A program made the translations under genes and the position numbers. The notes beneath the pieces are model-generated. The model saw only the letters and a program-made list of their open reading frames with translations, was not told the origin of the DNA and made no database searches. Positions 22,630 through 35,886 of a stretch of 64,000 bases of DNA are shown in pieces. Numbering within the stretch: the stretch's first letter is position 1; each line of letters opens with the position of its first letter. This DNA is from Mobula hypostoma (lineage: Eukaryota), in the NCBI RefSeq assembly GCF_963921235.1, contig NC_086101.1, forward strand, positions 1,054,001-1,118,000, written 5' to 3'.

Positions 22630-24244
22630 CAGTGGTATGCAAAAGTTTGGGCACCCCGGTCAAAATTTCTGTTACTATGAATAGTTAAGTGATTAGAAGA
22701 TGAACTGATCTCCAAAAGTGATAAAGTTAAAGATGGAACATTCTTTTCAACATTTTAAGCAAGTTTAGTGTATTATTTTTGTTTTGTACAATTTTAGAGT
22801 GAAAAAAAGGAAAGGAGCACTATGCAAAAGTTTGGGCACCCCTAAAGATTTGAGATCTCTGATAACTTTCACCAAGGTCTCAGATCTTAATTAGCTTGTT
22901 AGGGCTATAACTTGTTCACAGTCATCATTAGGAAATGCCAGGCGATGCAAATCTCAAAGCTTTATAAATACCCTGACTCATCAAACCTTGGCACAATCAG
23001 CAGCCATGGGCTCCTCTAAGCAGTTGCCTAGCACTCTGAAAATTAAAATAATTGATGCCCACAAAGCAGGAGAAGGCTATAAGAAGATAGCAAAGCGTAT
23101 TCAGGTATCCGTTTCCTCAATTCATTATGAAATTAAGAAATAGAAGTTAACAGGAATGGTGGAGATCAAGCTGAGGTCTGGAAGACGAAGAAAACTTTCT
23201 GAGAGAGCTGCTCGTAGGATTGCTAGAAAGGCAAATCAAAACCCCTGTTTGACTCCAAGAGACTTTCAGGAAGATTTAGCAGACTCTGGAGTGGTGGTGC
23301 ACTGTTCTACTGTGCAGCGACACCTGCACAAATATGACCTTCATGGAAGAGTCATCAGAAGAAAACCTTTCCTGCGTCCTCACCACAAAATTCAGCATCA
23401 GAAGTTTGTTAAGGAACATCTAAACAAGCCTGATGCATCCAAACAGTCCTATGGACTGATGAAGTTAAAATAGAACTTTTTGGCCGCAATGAGCAAAGGT
23501 ATGTTTGGAGAAAAACGGGTGCAGAATTTCATGAAAAGATCACCTCTCCAACTGTTAAGCATGGGGGTGGATCGATCATGCTTTGGGCTTGTGTTGCAGC
23601 CAGTGGCACGGGGAACATTTCACTGGTAGAGGGGAGAATGAATTCAATTAAATACCAGCAAATTCTGAAAGCAAACATCACACCATCTGTAAAAAAGCTG
23701 AAGATGAAAAGAGGATGGCTTCTACAACATGAAAATGATCCTAAACACAACTCAAAATCCAAAATGGACTACCTCAAGAGGCGCAAGCTGAAGGTTTTGC
23801 CATGGCCCTCACAGTCCCCCGACTTAAAGATCATCGAGAATCTGTAGATAGACCTCAAAAGAGCAGTGCATGCAAGACGGCCCAAGAATCTCACAGAACT
23901 AGAAGCCTTTTGCAAGGAAGAATAGGCAAAAACCTTTCAAACAAGTACTGAAAGACTTTTAGCTGGCTACAGAAAGCGTTTACAAGCTGTGATACTTGCC
24001 AAAAGGGGCTGTTACTAAGTACTGACCATGCAGGACGCACAAACATTTGCTTCGGGCCCTTTTCCTTTTTAGTTATTTTGAAACTGTAAAAGACGGAAAT
24101 AAAAAAGTAATCCTGCTTAAAATATTAAAGAGATGTGTCATCTTTAATGTTAAGTCTTTTGGAAGTCAGGTCATCTTTTACTCGTTTAGCTATTCACAGT
24201 GACAGAAGTTTTGACCGGGGTGCCCAAGCATTTGCATGCTACTC
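22630..24244 (+). mobile_element. Full-length decayed Tc1-like DNA transposon (IR/DR type)
   Basis: TA-flanked CAGTGGTATGCAAAAGTTTGGGCACCCC left end with a matching right TIR; inner direct repeat at ~22822-22841; ~1.6 kb. Confidence 0.93.
23006..24025 (+). pseudogene. Tc1 transposase (DD34E spacing), disrupted
   Basis: GYKKIAK HTH, WTDE, HENDPKH and SPDLKIIENL motifs; 34 residues between the second acidic residue (here E) and the final E; stops and a frameshift. Confidence 0.9.
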
Positions 24245-24659
24245 TATCTCTGGTATAAACATGCCCTGCATATGTGACTGCTCAAGAAAACTCTCATCAC
24301 TGTGCATTGAGCACACGTTCCTGTACACACCCAGGACTGTACACCACCATTAAACACGAGTGCATCCCCAGCACAGCACTTCAAAGACAGAGACCTGTAC
24401 AACCCTGACAATGGACAGCAATTCATGGACTCTATCTCTGCCTTCCCACTGGACATCTTTCAGGGGAATTGATAAAGGAGAATATTGAATGATATGTGCT
24501 TCAATTTCCAAAGTTTCTTGAAATGCTACCGGCAGAAAGAGAAACAGCAATGTAGGCAGGTTATGGAAAGTTGTAAAAACATTACAGTAGTGTGTGACTG
24601 TAATTTCCCCAATATTTTCTGAGATTATCTTGGTGTAGAGACTCAGAGGAGCGGAATTT

Positions 24660-25204
24660 AGAACATAGAGCATAGAATAGTACAGCACTGTACAGGCCCT
24701 TCGGCCCACAATGTTGTGCCGACCCTCAAACCCTGCCTCCCATATAAGCCCCCAACTTAAATTCCTCCATATACCTGTCCAGTAGCCTCTTAAACTTCAC
24801 TAGTGTATCTGCCTCCACCACTGACTCAGGCAGTGCATTCCATGCACCAACCACTCTCTGAGTGAAAAACCTTCCTCAAATATCCCCCTTGAACTTCCCA
24901 CCCCTTACCTTAAAGCCATGTCCTCTTGTATTGAGCAGTGGTGCCCTGGGGAAGAGGCGCTGGCTATCCACTCTATCTATTCCTCTTATTATCTTTTACA
25001 CCTCTATCATGTCTCCTCTCATTCTCCTCCTCTCCAAAGAGTAAAGCCCTAGCTCCCTTAATCTCTGATCATAATGCATACTCTCTAAACCAGGCAGCAT
25101 CCTGGTAAATCTCCTCTGTACCCTTTCCAATGCTTCCACATCCTTCCTATAGTGAGGCGACCAGAACTGGACACAGTACTCCAAGTGTGGCCTAACCAGA
25201 GTTT
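24660..25204 (-). mobile_element. CR1 3'-end fragment (same family as 1-4128)
   Basis: Reverse complement of ~3600-4125, including the AGAACATAGAGCATAGAATAG tail. Confidence 0.9.
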
Positions 25205-25394
25205 TATTTGTTGGCATCCTGAAGATTTACCAGCATTTATGGCCTATACCATGTAAGTTTGTGCAGATTTAGCATTTTTTCTAGAAATTGATAATGTTCT
25301 AAAGATCAAGAGTGGAGAATGGCCTGACTGGTCTGATTTTGAAATGCCAATGCTCTGGAATGGAATAGCTATTGAAAAGTTGACTGTGCAGTGA

Positions 25395-25855
25395 AGCCCT
25401 CCCCACCACTGAGCAGATCCACATGGGGGCAGTTACAGGAAAGCAGCTTCCGTCATCAAGGGACCACATCATTAAGGTGAAGCGCGCTTCTCAATGTTAC
25501 CATCAAGAAGGAGTTACCGGAGCCTCAGGTCCCACAGCACCACGTTCAAGAATAACTGTTAACCCTTAACTATCAGGCTTTTGCAGCAGAGAGGATAGTT
25601 TCATTCATCAGTATAATGAACTCACATTCAGAGAACTCACAGATAATTTTCTCGATAGTTACTTCATATTTATTATGATTTTTGTTTGTTTTTTTGTTTA
25701 TTTACACAATTTGTTGTCTTTGTTGTGCTTTGTACATTGGTGTTTTGTCCATCTTTGTTGTGTGCAGTTTTTCATTGATTCTTTTGTGTTTGTATTTATT
25801 GTGCACGTACGCAACAAAACACATATGGTGGCATTTGTATTTTAACAATAAATTT
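25395..25855 (+). mobile_element. Degenerate Rex1/Babar-like LINE 3' end
   Basis: Decayed RKAASVIK...FSMLPSRRSYRSLRSHSTTFKN C-terminal motif followed by a T-rich 3' UTR with AATAAA. Confidence 0.55.
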
Positions 25856-26269
25856 TCCTTCATCGTTGAACTTCACAGAAAATATCTTGTGAGGATAGGT
25901 GGAGTAAGATTGAACTTCTCTTTCTGGAGGGATGCAGGATGAGAGGGGACTTGAAAGATCTGGAGAACATTATAGGCATGAATCGACTGGACATCCAGAG
26001 AATTTTACCAAGATGGAAGAGACTAGAACGAGGAACCATAATTTTAAAGTGAATGGTGGGGGGTATGTCTGAGGGTAATTTTAAACACAGAAAATTTGTA
26101 GAATTCGCTGCCCGGGGGTGGCATTAATGGCAAATGTATTAGTGACTCTAATGAAACATTGCATTGGGGCATGACCCTTGTAACTGTTGAATTTAACTGG
26201 AAGACCATTTTGAGAACAATCATCTCCAAAGAAGGACACAAGCTTGGGGGAATTTGCTAAACTACGGGC

Positions 26270-26447
26270 AAGCTAATGATCATCCACCACCTTGTACTTC
26301 ATCCTCACCTTCCCCCACCTGCGTATCTTGACTTCTGATCTATTTTTTCCTGTTGAAGGGGCTCAACCCGAAACGTTGACAGTTTACTCTTTTCCACAGA
26401 TACTGAGTGGCCAGCTGAGTTCCTCCAGCATCTTGAATGTGTTGCAA
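26270..26447 (+). mobile_element. Degenerate Penelope 3' end with decayed hammerhead
   Basis: CTGTTGA-AGGGGCTCAACCC-GAAACGTTGAC (~26350-26380) followed by the typical ...TTCCTCCAGCATC...GTGTTGC terminus. Confidence 0.6.
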
Positions 26448-26529
26448 GCTCATGAGAACTATGTTAGGTTGGATCTGGGGAGAGTAGTGACCGGGAGCAG
26501 CTGTAGCTCATACCTGACCTGTGAGAATT

Positions 26530-29500
26530 ACTGAAAGATGAGTGTTTCAACATTCAAACGGTTTCTGTGAGTGGGAAAGACAAGGAACCTAATCTAAGAA
26601 CATTGAATTATCAGAGATGTTGCAAATGCAGTCAAAGAGGAAAAGAAACAATAAGGAAAGTTTAGGAAGTTGAAATTAGACAAGGCCCTGAATGAATGTG
26701 CAGCAACATGCAAATTAAACAGAAAGACTGGAGAGAATACCAAATCACCTTTTACATACTTTAAAAATAGAAGCAGCACCACAAACAAAGCAGGAATGTA
26801 AACAACTAAATGTGAAGCTACGTTTGGAGCCAGAAAAAGTGGTCAAATCACCAAATGACTACTTCACATCAGTGTTCATCAAACAGAAGGTGAAGGAGGA
26901 AAGAAAGATCAGGAAGGATGTGCTGATATTCCACGGCACATTGAGAACATTGAGAACATTGGTGGGAGTGTCGGGACTGTCAAAGAACACGAAGGTGGTA
27001 AAATATCCAGGACAGGATAGGATTACTCCAAGTTATTGAGAGTGTGAGGCAAGTTTACAGATTGCTGGGACCTTCACAGAGATCTTTCTAGTGTATTTTT
27101 AATTTCACATGTTGCTGCAGATGAGCCAATATTGTTGCCCGTTTAACAAGGGCTACAGTGACAAATCAGGAAACGACATAGTTGACACCAACTTTGGTGC
27201 AGTTGTGGACGGGGGTTGGGGGGGGGAGGAATGCTAAAGGATTCAGCGGAACATGGACCAGTTGGAAATGTGGGCAGAGAAATGGAAGATGAAGGTTTCT
27301 CCTCTGCGAAGTCAAATTTCAGAGGTTTTGTACCGCATCCCTCTCCCTGTTGGAGTATCTGGAATGGCAGTTATGCCAGTGACATGGCTTGTCTCGGGAT
27401 GTGGGAGATCAGGGAGTCGGGAAGCGTCCCCGATAACTATACATGAGGGAATTGCACCGTCTGCAGCTCCTGACTGAACGTGTGAAGGAAATGGAGGTGG
27501 TGATCGACCAGACAAGGATCATCTAGGGTACTGAGATCGGATCATGAGTGAGAGTGTCACACCTAAGGGGCGGGTTGCTGATAAGTTTGAGGACCACTAG
27601 GAGATAGAAAGGAAAAGTCAGATGTGCACGGTCGCACAGTGGCTGCTCCTCTCACAGGAAGAACGCGGTCCGAATACTGATGTGGATTGACACAACATCA
27701 GCAGTCAGGTTGCTGGTACTGAATGTGTTGTCCCTGATGCCCAGAAGGGGAGGATGAGATCAGGCGGGACAGTAATTGAGAGAGGACTCAAGATTCAGTG
27801 TCTGTAAAAGAGATAGCAGGACGGTGTGTTGCCTCCTCAGTACTAGGGTCAGGAGCGTGTTGGAGTGGCTGCAGAAAATTCTCAAGTGCTCGTGGTGCAA
27901 CTAACCTGGTAGAATGAGGGTTGAGCTCATACACAGTGAATATAGGAGACAGCTTAAAAAGCACATCTTCAAGAGCAGTAATCTCTAGGTTACTCCCACT
28001 TCCACATATTGGTAAGGTTGGAAATGGAATGATGATTCAGATGAATATGTGACTGAGAGGCTGATACAGGGGCCAAGATTGAAGTTCTTGGTTTCCTGCA
28101 ATTTCTTCTGTGGTCGGGAGACCTGTACACAAGAGATTGCTTGCTGCTGAACTGAAAGATTACCAATATCCTGCAGATTGGCGAGTGATGCTCGGAAGAT
28201 CGTTAATGGGCGTGGCAGTGAGTCTGACCCTGAGCAGAGGGTAATTCTGCCGCCATTGAGAGCAATTTAGTCAACAGGAGGGCAGGAGCACAGGGCAAAG
28301 GAGAGGAACTGCATTTTCTTCAATGCAAGAGGCTTGACAGGTCAGGTGGATGAACCCAGGTGGTGACTGACTCTGGGGACTGCTGGATCACTTCTTTTCA
28401 TGTCATAGGTCAATGACCTGGGTGACAGAATTATGGCTTTGTGGTCAAGTTTACAGACAATTCGGAGATATTTTCCATCTGACATAGTTTGCATTTTGGT
28501 GTTTGATTGTTGGGGTTTTTTGTATTGCTATATTTATGCTCTATTCTTGGTTGGTGCGGCTGTAACGAAACCAAATTTCCCTCGGGATTAATAAAGTATA
28601 TCTATCTATCTATCTATATGTGGAGGGGCAGAGTGTATTTGGCTGAATGGCCTAATTTTGCCCGTTTGTCTTATGGTCCGAGCACAGTCATAACAGAAAC
28701 ATGACTGAGGGAAGGTCAGAATGGGGAGCTCAGTGTTCCAGGATACAAAGATGCAGGGAAGGGGGGAGGAGGCATTACCCTGCAGAGGACAAGGGACATA
28801 ATAATGATCTGTAGAGAGGACACCATTCTTACCTGAGTTGTCTGGTGAGGCCATATCGATAACGTTTGGTATTATAGGAACGCCAACAGTCAGCAGGAAT
28901 TGGAATCACAGGTATGTAGAGAGACTGCAATTGTTGTAAAGATGATAAGCTAGTACGAGTAAGAGATTTTAACTTCGTGATATTGACTGGACTAATTATA
29001 GAGTAACAGGAAAGCAGTTAAATTTGTGAAATGTGCCTAAGAAAGCTTCTTTCATCAAGATCTAGAGGACAGTGCCTGAGATGTACAACACTGGGTCTTC
29101 TGCTGAGAAATGATGTAGGGTAACTGGCAGAATTGTCCGTCAGCAAGCACTTTGGATCCAATAACCAGAATTCGCATAGCCTTTAAATTGTTGTGCTGAA
29201 CAATGCAATCCATTAACAAGCTCAGTTCCAGCTGCTAAGCGGTATCTTACAATGGTTGACTGGGCAAGCTTGTTCAGAGGAAAGATGTTTTTGCCAAGTG
29301 GAAGTGTGATGTCAGGTGTTCGGGACCTGCATGTTCCTTTTCCGGTAAAGAACGAGACTGGCAGGTTTGAGGAACCCTGGTTGAACTGAGGTACTGAGAC
29401 CTTGATTGAGAAACTGGGAGTCGTATACTGCACATATAAATGATCTTGAACCAGGTAATCTCTTCATATCTACAAATGTATTAAAGTTAGGAAGGTAAAA

Positions 29501-29754
29501 GCTGGATATGAGAAGGATCTGAAAGGCAAGATGAGACAAATGCCTAAGAGATTCTATAGTTATATGAATAGTTAAAGGATACTGGGGAGATGCTAAGTGC
29601 TGTTGGAGACCAGCATGGCCACCTGTGTGTGCAACAAAGGAAATAAAGAGATTTTTTAATGAATCTCTAATTATTATCTCTTTATTTTTATTGTTTAGTA
29701 GCTGATGGAAGTGAAGTAAATGCAAGAAATGAGTGTTGTTCTTTTGGACCACAT
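26530..29754 (+). mobile_element. Patchwork of old degenerate CR1 sequence (ORF1 start near 27365, APE/RT remnants); resumes at ~32181-33068
   Basis: MWEIRESGSVPDNYT resembles the ORF1 N-terminus at 180-425; scattered APE/RT-like nucleotide similarity. A short (TATC)n-tailed LINE end lies at ~28470-28618. Confidence 0.6.
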
Positions 29755-32180
29755 GTGCTGAGGAAGAGGATTTCTTGGAATGTATGCGGGATGGATTTTT
29801 GAACCAACATGTCGAGGAACCAACTAGAGAGCAGGCTATTCTGGACTGAGTTTTGAGCAATGAGGAAGGGTTAATTATCAATCTTGTCGTGAGAGGCCCC
29901 TTGGGTAAGAGTGACCATAATATGGTGGAATTCATCATTAAGATGGAGAGTGACATAGTTGATTCAGAAACAAAGGTTCTGAACTTAAAGAGGGGTAACT
30001 TTGGAGGTATGAGACGTGAATTAGCTAAGATAGACTGGCAAATGACACTTAAAGGGTTGACGGTGGATATGCAATGGCAAGCATTTAAAGATTGCATGGA
30101 TGAACTACAACAATTGTTCATCCCAGTTTGGCAAAAGAATAAATCAAGGAAGGTAGTGCACCCGTGGCTGACAAGGGAAATTAGGGATAGTATCAATTCC
30201 AAAGAAGAAGCATACAAATTAGCCAGAGAAAGTGGCTCACCTGAGGACTGGGAGAAATTCAGAGTTCAGCAGAGGAGGACAAAGGGCTTAATTAGGAAGG
30301 GGAAAAAAGATTAGGAGAGAAAACTGGCAGGGAACATAAAAACTGACTGTAAAAGCTTTTATAGATATGTGAAAAGAAAAAGATTGGTTAAGACAAATGT
30401 AGGTCCCCTACAGACAGAAACAGGTGAATTGATTATGGGGAGCAAGGACATGGCAGACCAATTGAATAATTACTTTGGTTCTGTCTTCACTAAGGAGGAC
30501 ATAAATAATCTTCCAGAAATAGTAGGGGACAGAGGGTCCAGTGAGATGGAGGAACTGAGGGAAATACATGTTAGTAGGGAAGTGGTGTTAGGTAAATTGA
30601 AGGGATTAAAGGCAGATAAATCCCTAGGGCCAGATGGTCTGCATCCCAGAGTGCTTAAGGAAGTAGCCCAAGAAATAGTGGATGCATTAGTGATAATTTT
30701 TCAAAACTCTTTAGATTCTGGACTAGTTCCTGAGGATTGGAGGGTGGCTAATGTAACCCCACTTTTTAAAAAAGGAGGGAGAGAGAAACCGGGGAATTAT
30801 AGACCGGTTAGCCTGACATCGGTGGTGGGGAAACTGCTGGAGTCAGTTATCAAAGATGTGATAACAGCACATTTGGAAAGCGGTGAAATCATCGGACAAA
30901 GTCAGCATGGATTTGTGAAAGGAAAATCATGTCTGACAATCTCATAGAATTTTTTGAGGATGTAACTAGTAGAGTGGATAGGGGAGAACCAGTGGATGTG
31001 GTATATTTGGATTTTCAAAAGGCTTTTGACAAGGTCCCACACAGGAGATTAGTGTGCAAACTTAAAGCACACGGTATTGGGGGTAAGGTATTGCTGTGGA
31101 TAGAGAATTGGTTTGCAGACAGGAAGCAAAGGGTGGGAATAAACGGGACCTTTTCAGAATGGCAGGCAGTGACTAGTGGGGTACCGCAAGGCTCAGTGCT
31201 GGGACCCCAGTTGTTTACAATATATATTAATGACTTGGATGAGGGAATTAAATGCAGCATCTCCAAGTTTGCAGATGACACGAAGCTGGGTGGCAGTGTT
31301 AGCTGCGAGGAGGATGCTAAGAGGATGCAGGGTGACTTGGATAGGTTAGGTGAGTGGGCAAATTCATGGCAGATGCAATTTAATGTGGATAAATGTGAAG
31401 TTATCCACTTTGGTGGCAAAAATAGGAAAACAGATTATTATCTGAATGGTGGCCGATTAGGAAAAGGGGAGGTGCAAAGAGACCCGGGTGTCATTATACA
31501 CCAGTCATTGAAAGTGCAGGTACAGCAGGCGGTGAAAAAGGTGAATGGTATTCTGGCATTTATAGCAAGAGGATTCGAGTACAGGAGCAGGGAGGTACTA
31601 CTGCAGTTGTACAAGGCCTTGGTGAGACCACACCTGGAGTATTGTGTGCAGTTTTGTTCCCCAAATCTGAGGAAAGACATCCTTGCCATAGAGGGAGTAC
31701 AAAGAAGGTTCACCAGATTGATTCCTGGGATGGCAGGACTTTCATATGATGAAAGACTGGATGAACTAGGCTTATACTCATTGGAATTTAGAAGATTGAG
31801 GGGGGACCTGATTGAATCGTATAAAATCCTAAAGGGATTGGACAGGCTCAATGCAGGAAGATTGTTCCCGATGTTGGGGAAGTCCAGAACAAGGGGTCAC
31901 AGTTTGAGGATAAAGGGGAAGCCTTTTAGGACCGAGATGAGGAAGAGAGTGGTGAATCTGTGGAATTCTCTGCCACAGGAAACAGTTGATGCCAGTTCAT
32001 TGGCTATATTTAAGAGGGAGTTAGATATGGCCCTTGTGGCTAAAGGGATCAGGGGGTATGGAGGGAAGGCAGGTACAGGGTTCTGAGTTGGATGATCAGC
32101 CATGATCATACTGAATGGCGGTGCAGCGTTGAAGGGCCGAATGGCCTACTCCTGCACCTATTTTCTATGTTTCTATGTTT
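29755..32180 (+). mobile_element. Young 5'-truncated CR1 LINE (family B)
   Basis: ORF2 pieces 29853-30314, 30369-30947 and 30929-32086 (SDHN, KFADDTK); ends TTTCTATGTTTCTATGTTT. Confidence 0.95.
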
Positions 32181-33068
32181 TCTAAGTGAACTATCAGGGA
32201 GGAGGTGTTACAACCTCTCAGTGTATTGAGTTTGTGAAATTGCCGGGGCCTGAACGAGTGGGAATCACTGGGAATTTAGGGAATATTTCGCAGAGAGCCT
32301 CAAGTGGTTTTTGCTTCACACCTGTCCACAAATGAGGTTTCTGATAACTGTAGAGGGGCTGACTTGTGACTGTTGATTAAAATAGGAAACAAAAACAAGG
32401 CAGAAAACTGCGTCAGGGAGTCATGCCTTGGACTATTTCAAGGAGGTAACAGGGATTGTAAATGCAAATAGTATGGTGCATGTTCTCTGTATGGATTTTA
32501 GCAAGGGCTTTGACAAAGTCCCTAATGGCAGATTAATCTAACAGGTTAGATTGCATGGGATCCCGAGGGACGGGGCAGATTGGTTTCATAATTACCACAG
32601 TGGTAGGAAGCAGAGTATGATTTTTTTGTTTCTCAGAGTAGAGGGTATTTTTGTCTGATGTGTCACTGGGTTCGTTCTGGGACAAAAGTTGTTTGAAATT
32701 TATATATGAATATACACATCGCCAACGACACTAAAATAGGTGGTGCTGCAGATAGTTCAGAGGGGATCATCTAGCAACTTGGGCTGAGATTTGGCAAATG
32801 GCCTTCGAAGCAGATGAATGTCCAGAAATGCATTCTGATACAGTGAAGGCAGCAGTACTGGAGATACTTATGGAGCAGGATAAGGTGAAAGCATAGTTGT
32901 TTTCTCAGGAAGAAGGTGCTTAGAAACAAGAGGACGTTGGTGTAAAAGAGGTGAGAGATTTTAAATGCTAAGAGTTGAAGGATTTAATTGGATTGCCTTT
33001 GTGCATATGGATTGGAAAAGGACTTATTAAAATACATCGAAGAAAGCTTTATTTGCCAGTACATAGAT

Positions 33069-34895
33069 CAGGGGTGCCAAACTCATTTTAGGTCACGGGC
33101 CGGGCCGATTGGACAAAATGCAATTTCATGCGGGCCGATCAGTTGGGCGCGCGCATGTTCCCACAGCTTTCATTACCTTCGTTTTTTCAACAATCTCTCA
33201 CGTGTCCCAGTCTCTGCTATAACTACAAAGTGTTTCACTTTACGAATTTCGTTTCTTATGATGAAGATTGCCTAGTAAGCATTATTTTTATGATTGGTAT
33301 TAACTTACAGTCATAGGCTACAAGAAAGTTGTGTTGAGAGAGAGAAAAACCGATGCTATTTTGGCTAAGATTGTTTTGGGAACCACACCCTTTCCATTAA
33401 AAAAACATATGAAATCAGACACTAGCAGACACAAATGTAGACCTAAGGAAGCAAATTGTAAATGTAGGCTACACAACTGCACCTAATTTTTATTAGCCTG
33501 CGTCCAGCAATCAAACTCAAACAATGAACACAGTTAGCCTCTAATTTTTATTGAAGTGATCACATTTACAATAATAGTCAGAAAATGAATGAATCACAAT
33601 ACTATGACACTCAATATTTCATGAATCATTTTGCTTACATGTCGCAATGCATCGAACAGTGTCACTGAATTTTCACTTGCTGCTTCCAGACACCTGGCAT
33701 CTCTTGGCTTTAACCAGCCTGTCGACATCAGGGACCAGTTTCTGGGCAGTTGTGATTTTCATAATGTCATTTAGATGTCTGTGTGTCAGCTGCGAGTGCA
33801 GTTTGGATTTGTTAATGTTCATTATGGAGAACACCTGCTCAGAGATATGTTGTCCCGAACATGCAAAGGATCTCCGAGGCAAAATCTGTCATCTTGGGGA
33901 ACATCAGTCCCAGGTATCGATAGAATGAGTCCAGACTCTCAGTCTCAAATTTATATTTCAAAGCCGAGTTACACTGAATTTCAGTTAGTTCCATTTGGAG
34001 TTCCTCCGGCACATCTGATGCTACGTTGACGGCAAACGGCGAGCAAAATAGTGAGAATTCCTTCTCGAGCTGATTGAAGACTTGGAAACGATTCTGAAAC
34101 TCACTTCTCAGCCGTGATATTTTGTCCTTGTACCTGTCCATGTCGTCATTATTCCCATGAGCGACACACACAGACTGCAAAGAGGGGAAATGAGCTGGGT
34201 TGCTCCGGGATAGTTGCATCTCCCACAGGCCTAATTTAATTTGAAAGGCACGAATGCTGTCGTAGTATTCCGTAACAAGTTTGTTACGGCCTTACATGTT
34301 AACATTAAGCACATTTAAGTGCTCTGTTATATCCACCAAAAATGCAAGATCATGAAACCAGTCTGGGTCATCCAACTCTGCCACTGGCTTCCCTTTCTCG
34401 TTCATGAATAGTCCAATTTCCTCACGTAATTGAAAAAAAGGTTTGATTACAATCCCTCTGCTCAACCAGTGGACTTAGTGTGGTAGGGTAGGCCGTGCCC
34501 AATATTACTTTCGGACAAAAGAATGTCAAATTGCCAATTGTTGTGTACCTTGGCTCTAATAAAATTAACCGTTTTGATCACTACATCCATGACATTGTCC
34601 ATTTTCAGGCTCCTGCTACGTAACCTCTTGGTGTATAATGCAAGGAAAATTCCAGAATTCCTGCTCTGGAATCTCTGTCTGAACTTTCTCTCTGAGTTTC
34701 ACAACAACACCTGCCTTTTCCCCGACCATGGACGGTGCGCCATCTGTTGCCAGGCTGACAGCATGACTCCAGTCAACTCCCAGTCTGTCCAAGGCCTTGA
34801 CGAAGCTGGAGAAAACGTTGTTCGCCGTTGTGGTGTTTGTCATGGGCACCATCTCCACAAACTCCTTGGTGACGGTCAAAGATACGTCAACACCA
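33069..34895 (-). mobile_element. hAT (SPIN/Charlie, GTF2IRD2-like) transposon, 3' half, decayed
   Basis: Terminus CAGGGGTGCCAAACTC at 33069; minus-strand transposase pieces LATDGAPSMVG...CIIHQE, MFGTTYL and SEQVFSIMNINKSKLHSQLT. The other end is not found. Confidence 0.88.
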
Positions 34896-35162
34896 CAAAG
34901 GACATCCTTTAGAACTGAGTACTTTAGTCAAAGGGTGGTACATCTGTGGAATTTGTTGCCACGAGCGACTGTGGAGGCCAAGTCATTGGGTGTATTTAAG
35001 GCAGAGATAGATAGGTTGTTGATTAGCCAGGACATCAACGGGTATGGGGTGAAAGCAGGGGAGTGGGGATGACTGGAAGAATTAGATCGGTCCATGATTG
35101 AATGGTGGAGCAGACTCAATGGGCCAAATGGCCTACTTCAGCTCCTGTATCTTATGGTCTTA
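34896..35162 (+). mobile_element. CR1 3'-end fragment
   Basis: FSQRVVHLWNLLP...FKAEIDR motif and TCTTATGGTCTT tail. Confidence 0.85.
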
Positions 35163-35886
35163 ACACTAACTCTTCATCACCTTTTACATGTGCGCTTTAT
35201 TTATTTTTGTAGCTTCTAGATTTTTCTTTTTGCACTGTCCTGCTGCCACAAATCGATATATGTCCTGTCTTATGTCACTGATAATAAACCGAGTTCTGAG
35301 TTCTTGCACATGAATCACAAATGTTAGCAAGTGAAGAGAGCAAGACAGAGCATAATGCAACGAACAGGGCAATGTTGTTCTGCACCAAGTAACTGGTGAA
35401 CTAATCTCTTCTACATGTCCACCATCTTTCATTTCTCTCACATTCACGTGCCTATCTAATCGGATCTAAAAGTCTCTAATCTTCTGACTCAATGACCACC
35501 CAGGCAGCAAATTCCAGCCACTCACCACCCCCTCTGTAAATAAATAAACAGACTTTTTAAAACAACCTTGCCACTTCAAATTACCCCTCTCAGTTTGAAT
35601 GCATGTCCTCTGGTATTAGATATTTCAGCCCTTGGAAGATATTGTCTATCTGCTCCATCTCTGCCTCTCATAATCTCATAACCCACCCACCCCACCACCC
35701 AGATCTCCTTCAGCCTCCAGTGCTCCAGAGAAAACATTACAATTCTGTCCACCCTCTCACAGTAGATGCCTTTTAATCCAGGCCACATCCTGGCAATCCT
35801 CTTCTGCAGCCACTCCAAAGCCTCGACACCTTTCCTATAAAAGGGGTGACTGGAACTGCATGCAATACTCCAGATGCAGCCTAACT

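Noticed and set aside
31015..31851. Recurrent antisense ORFs (also 11392-11658, 21457-21876, 54665-55369)
   Set aside because: Opposite-strand shadows of the CR1 RT; they recur only because the repeat recurs.
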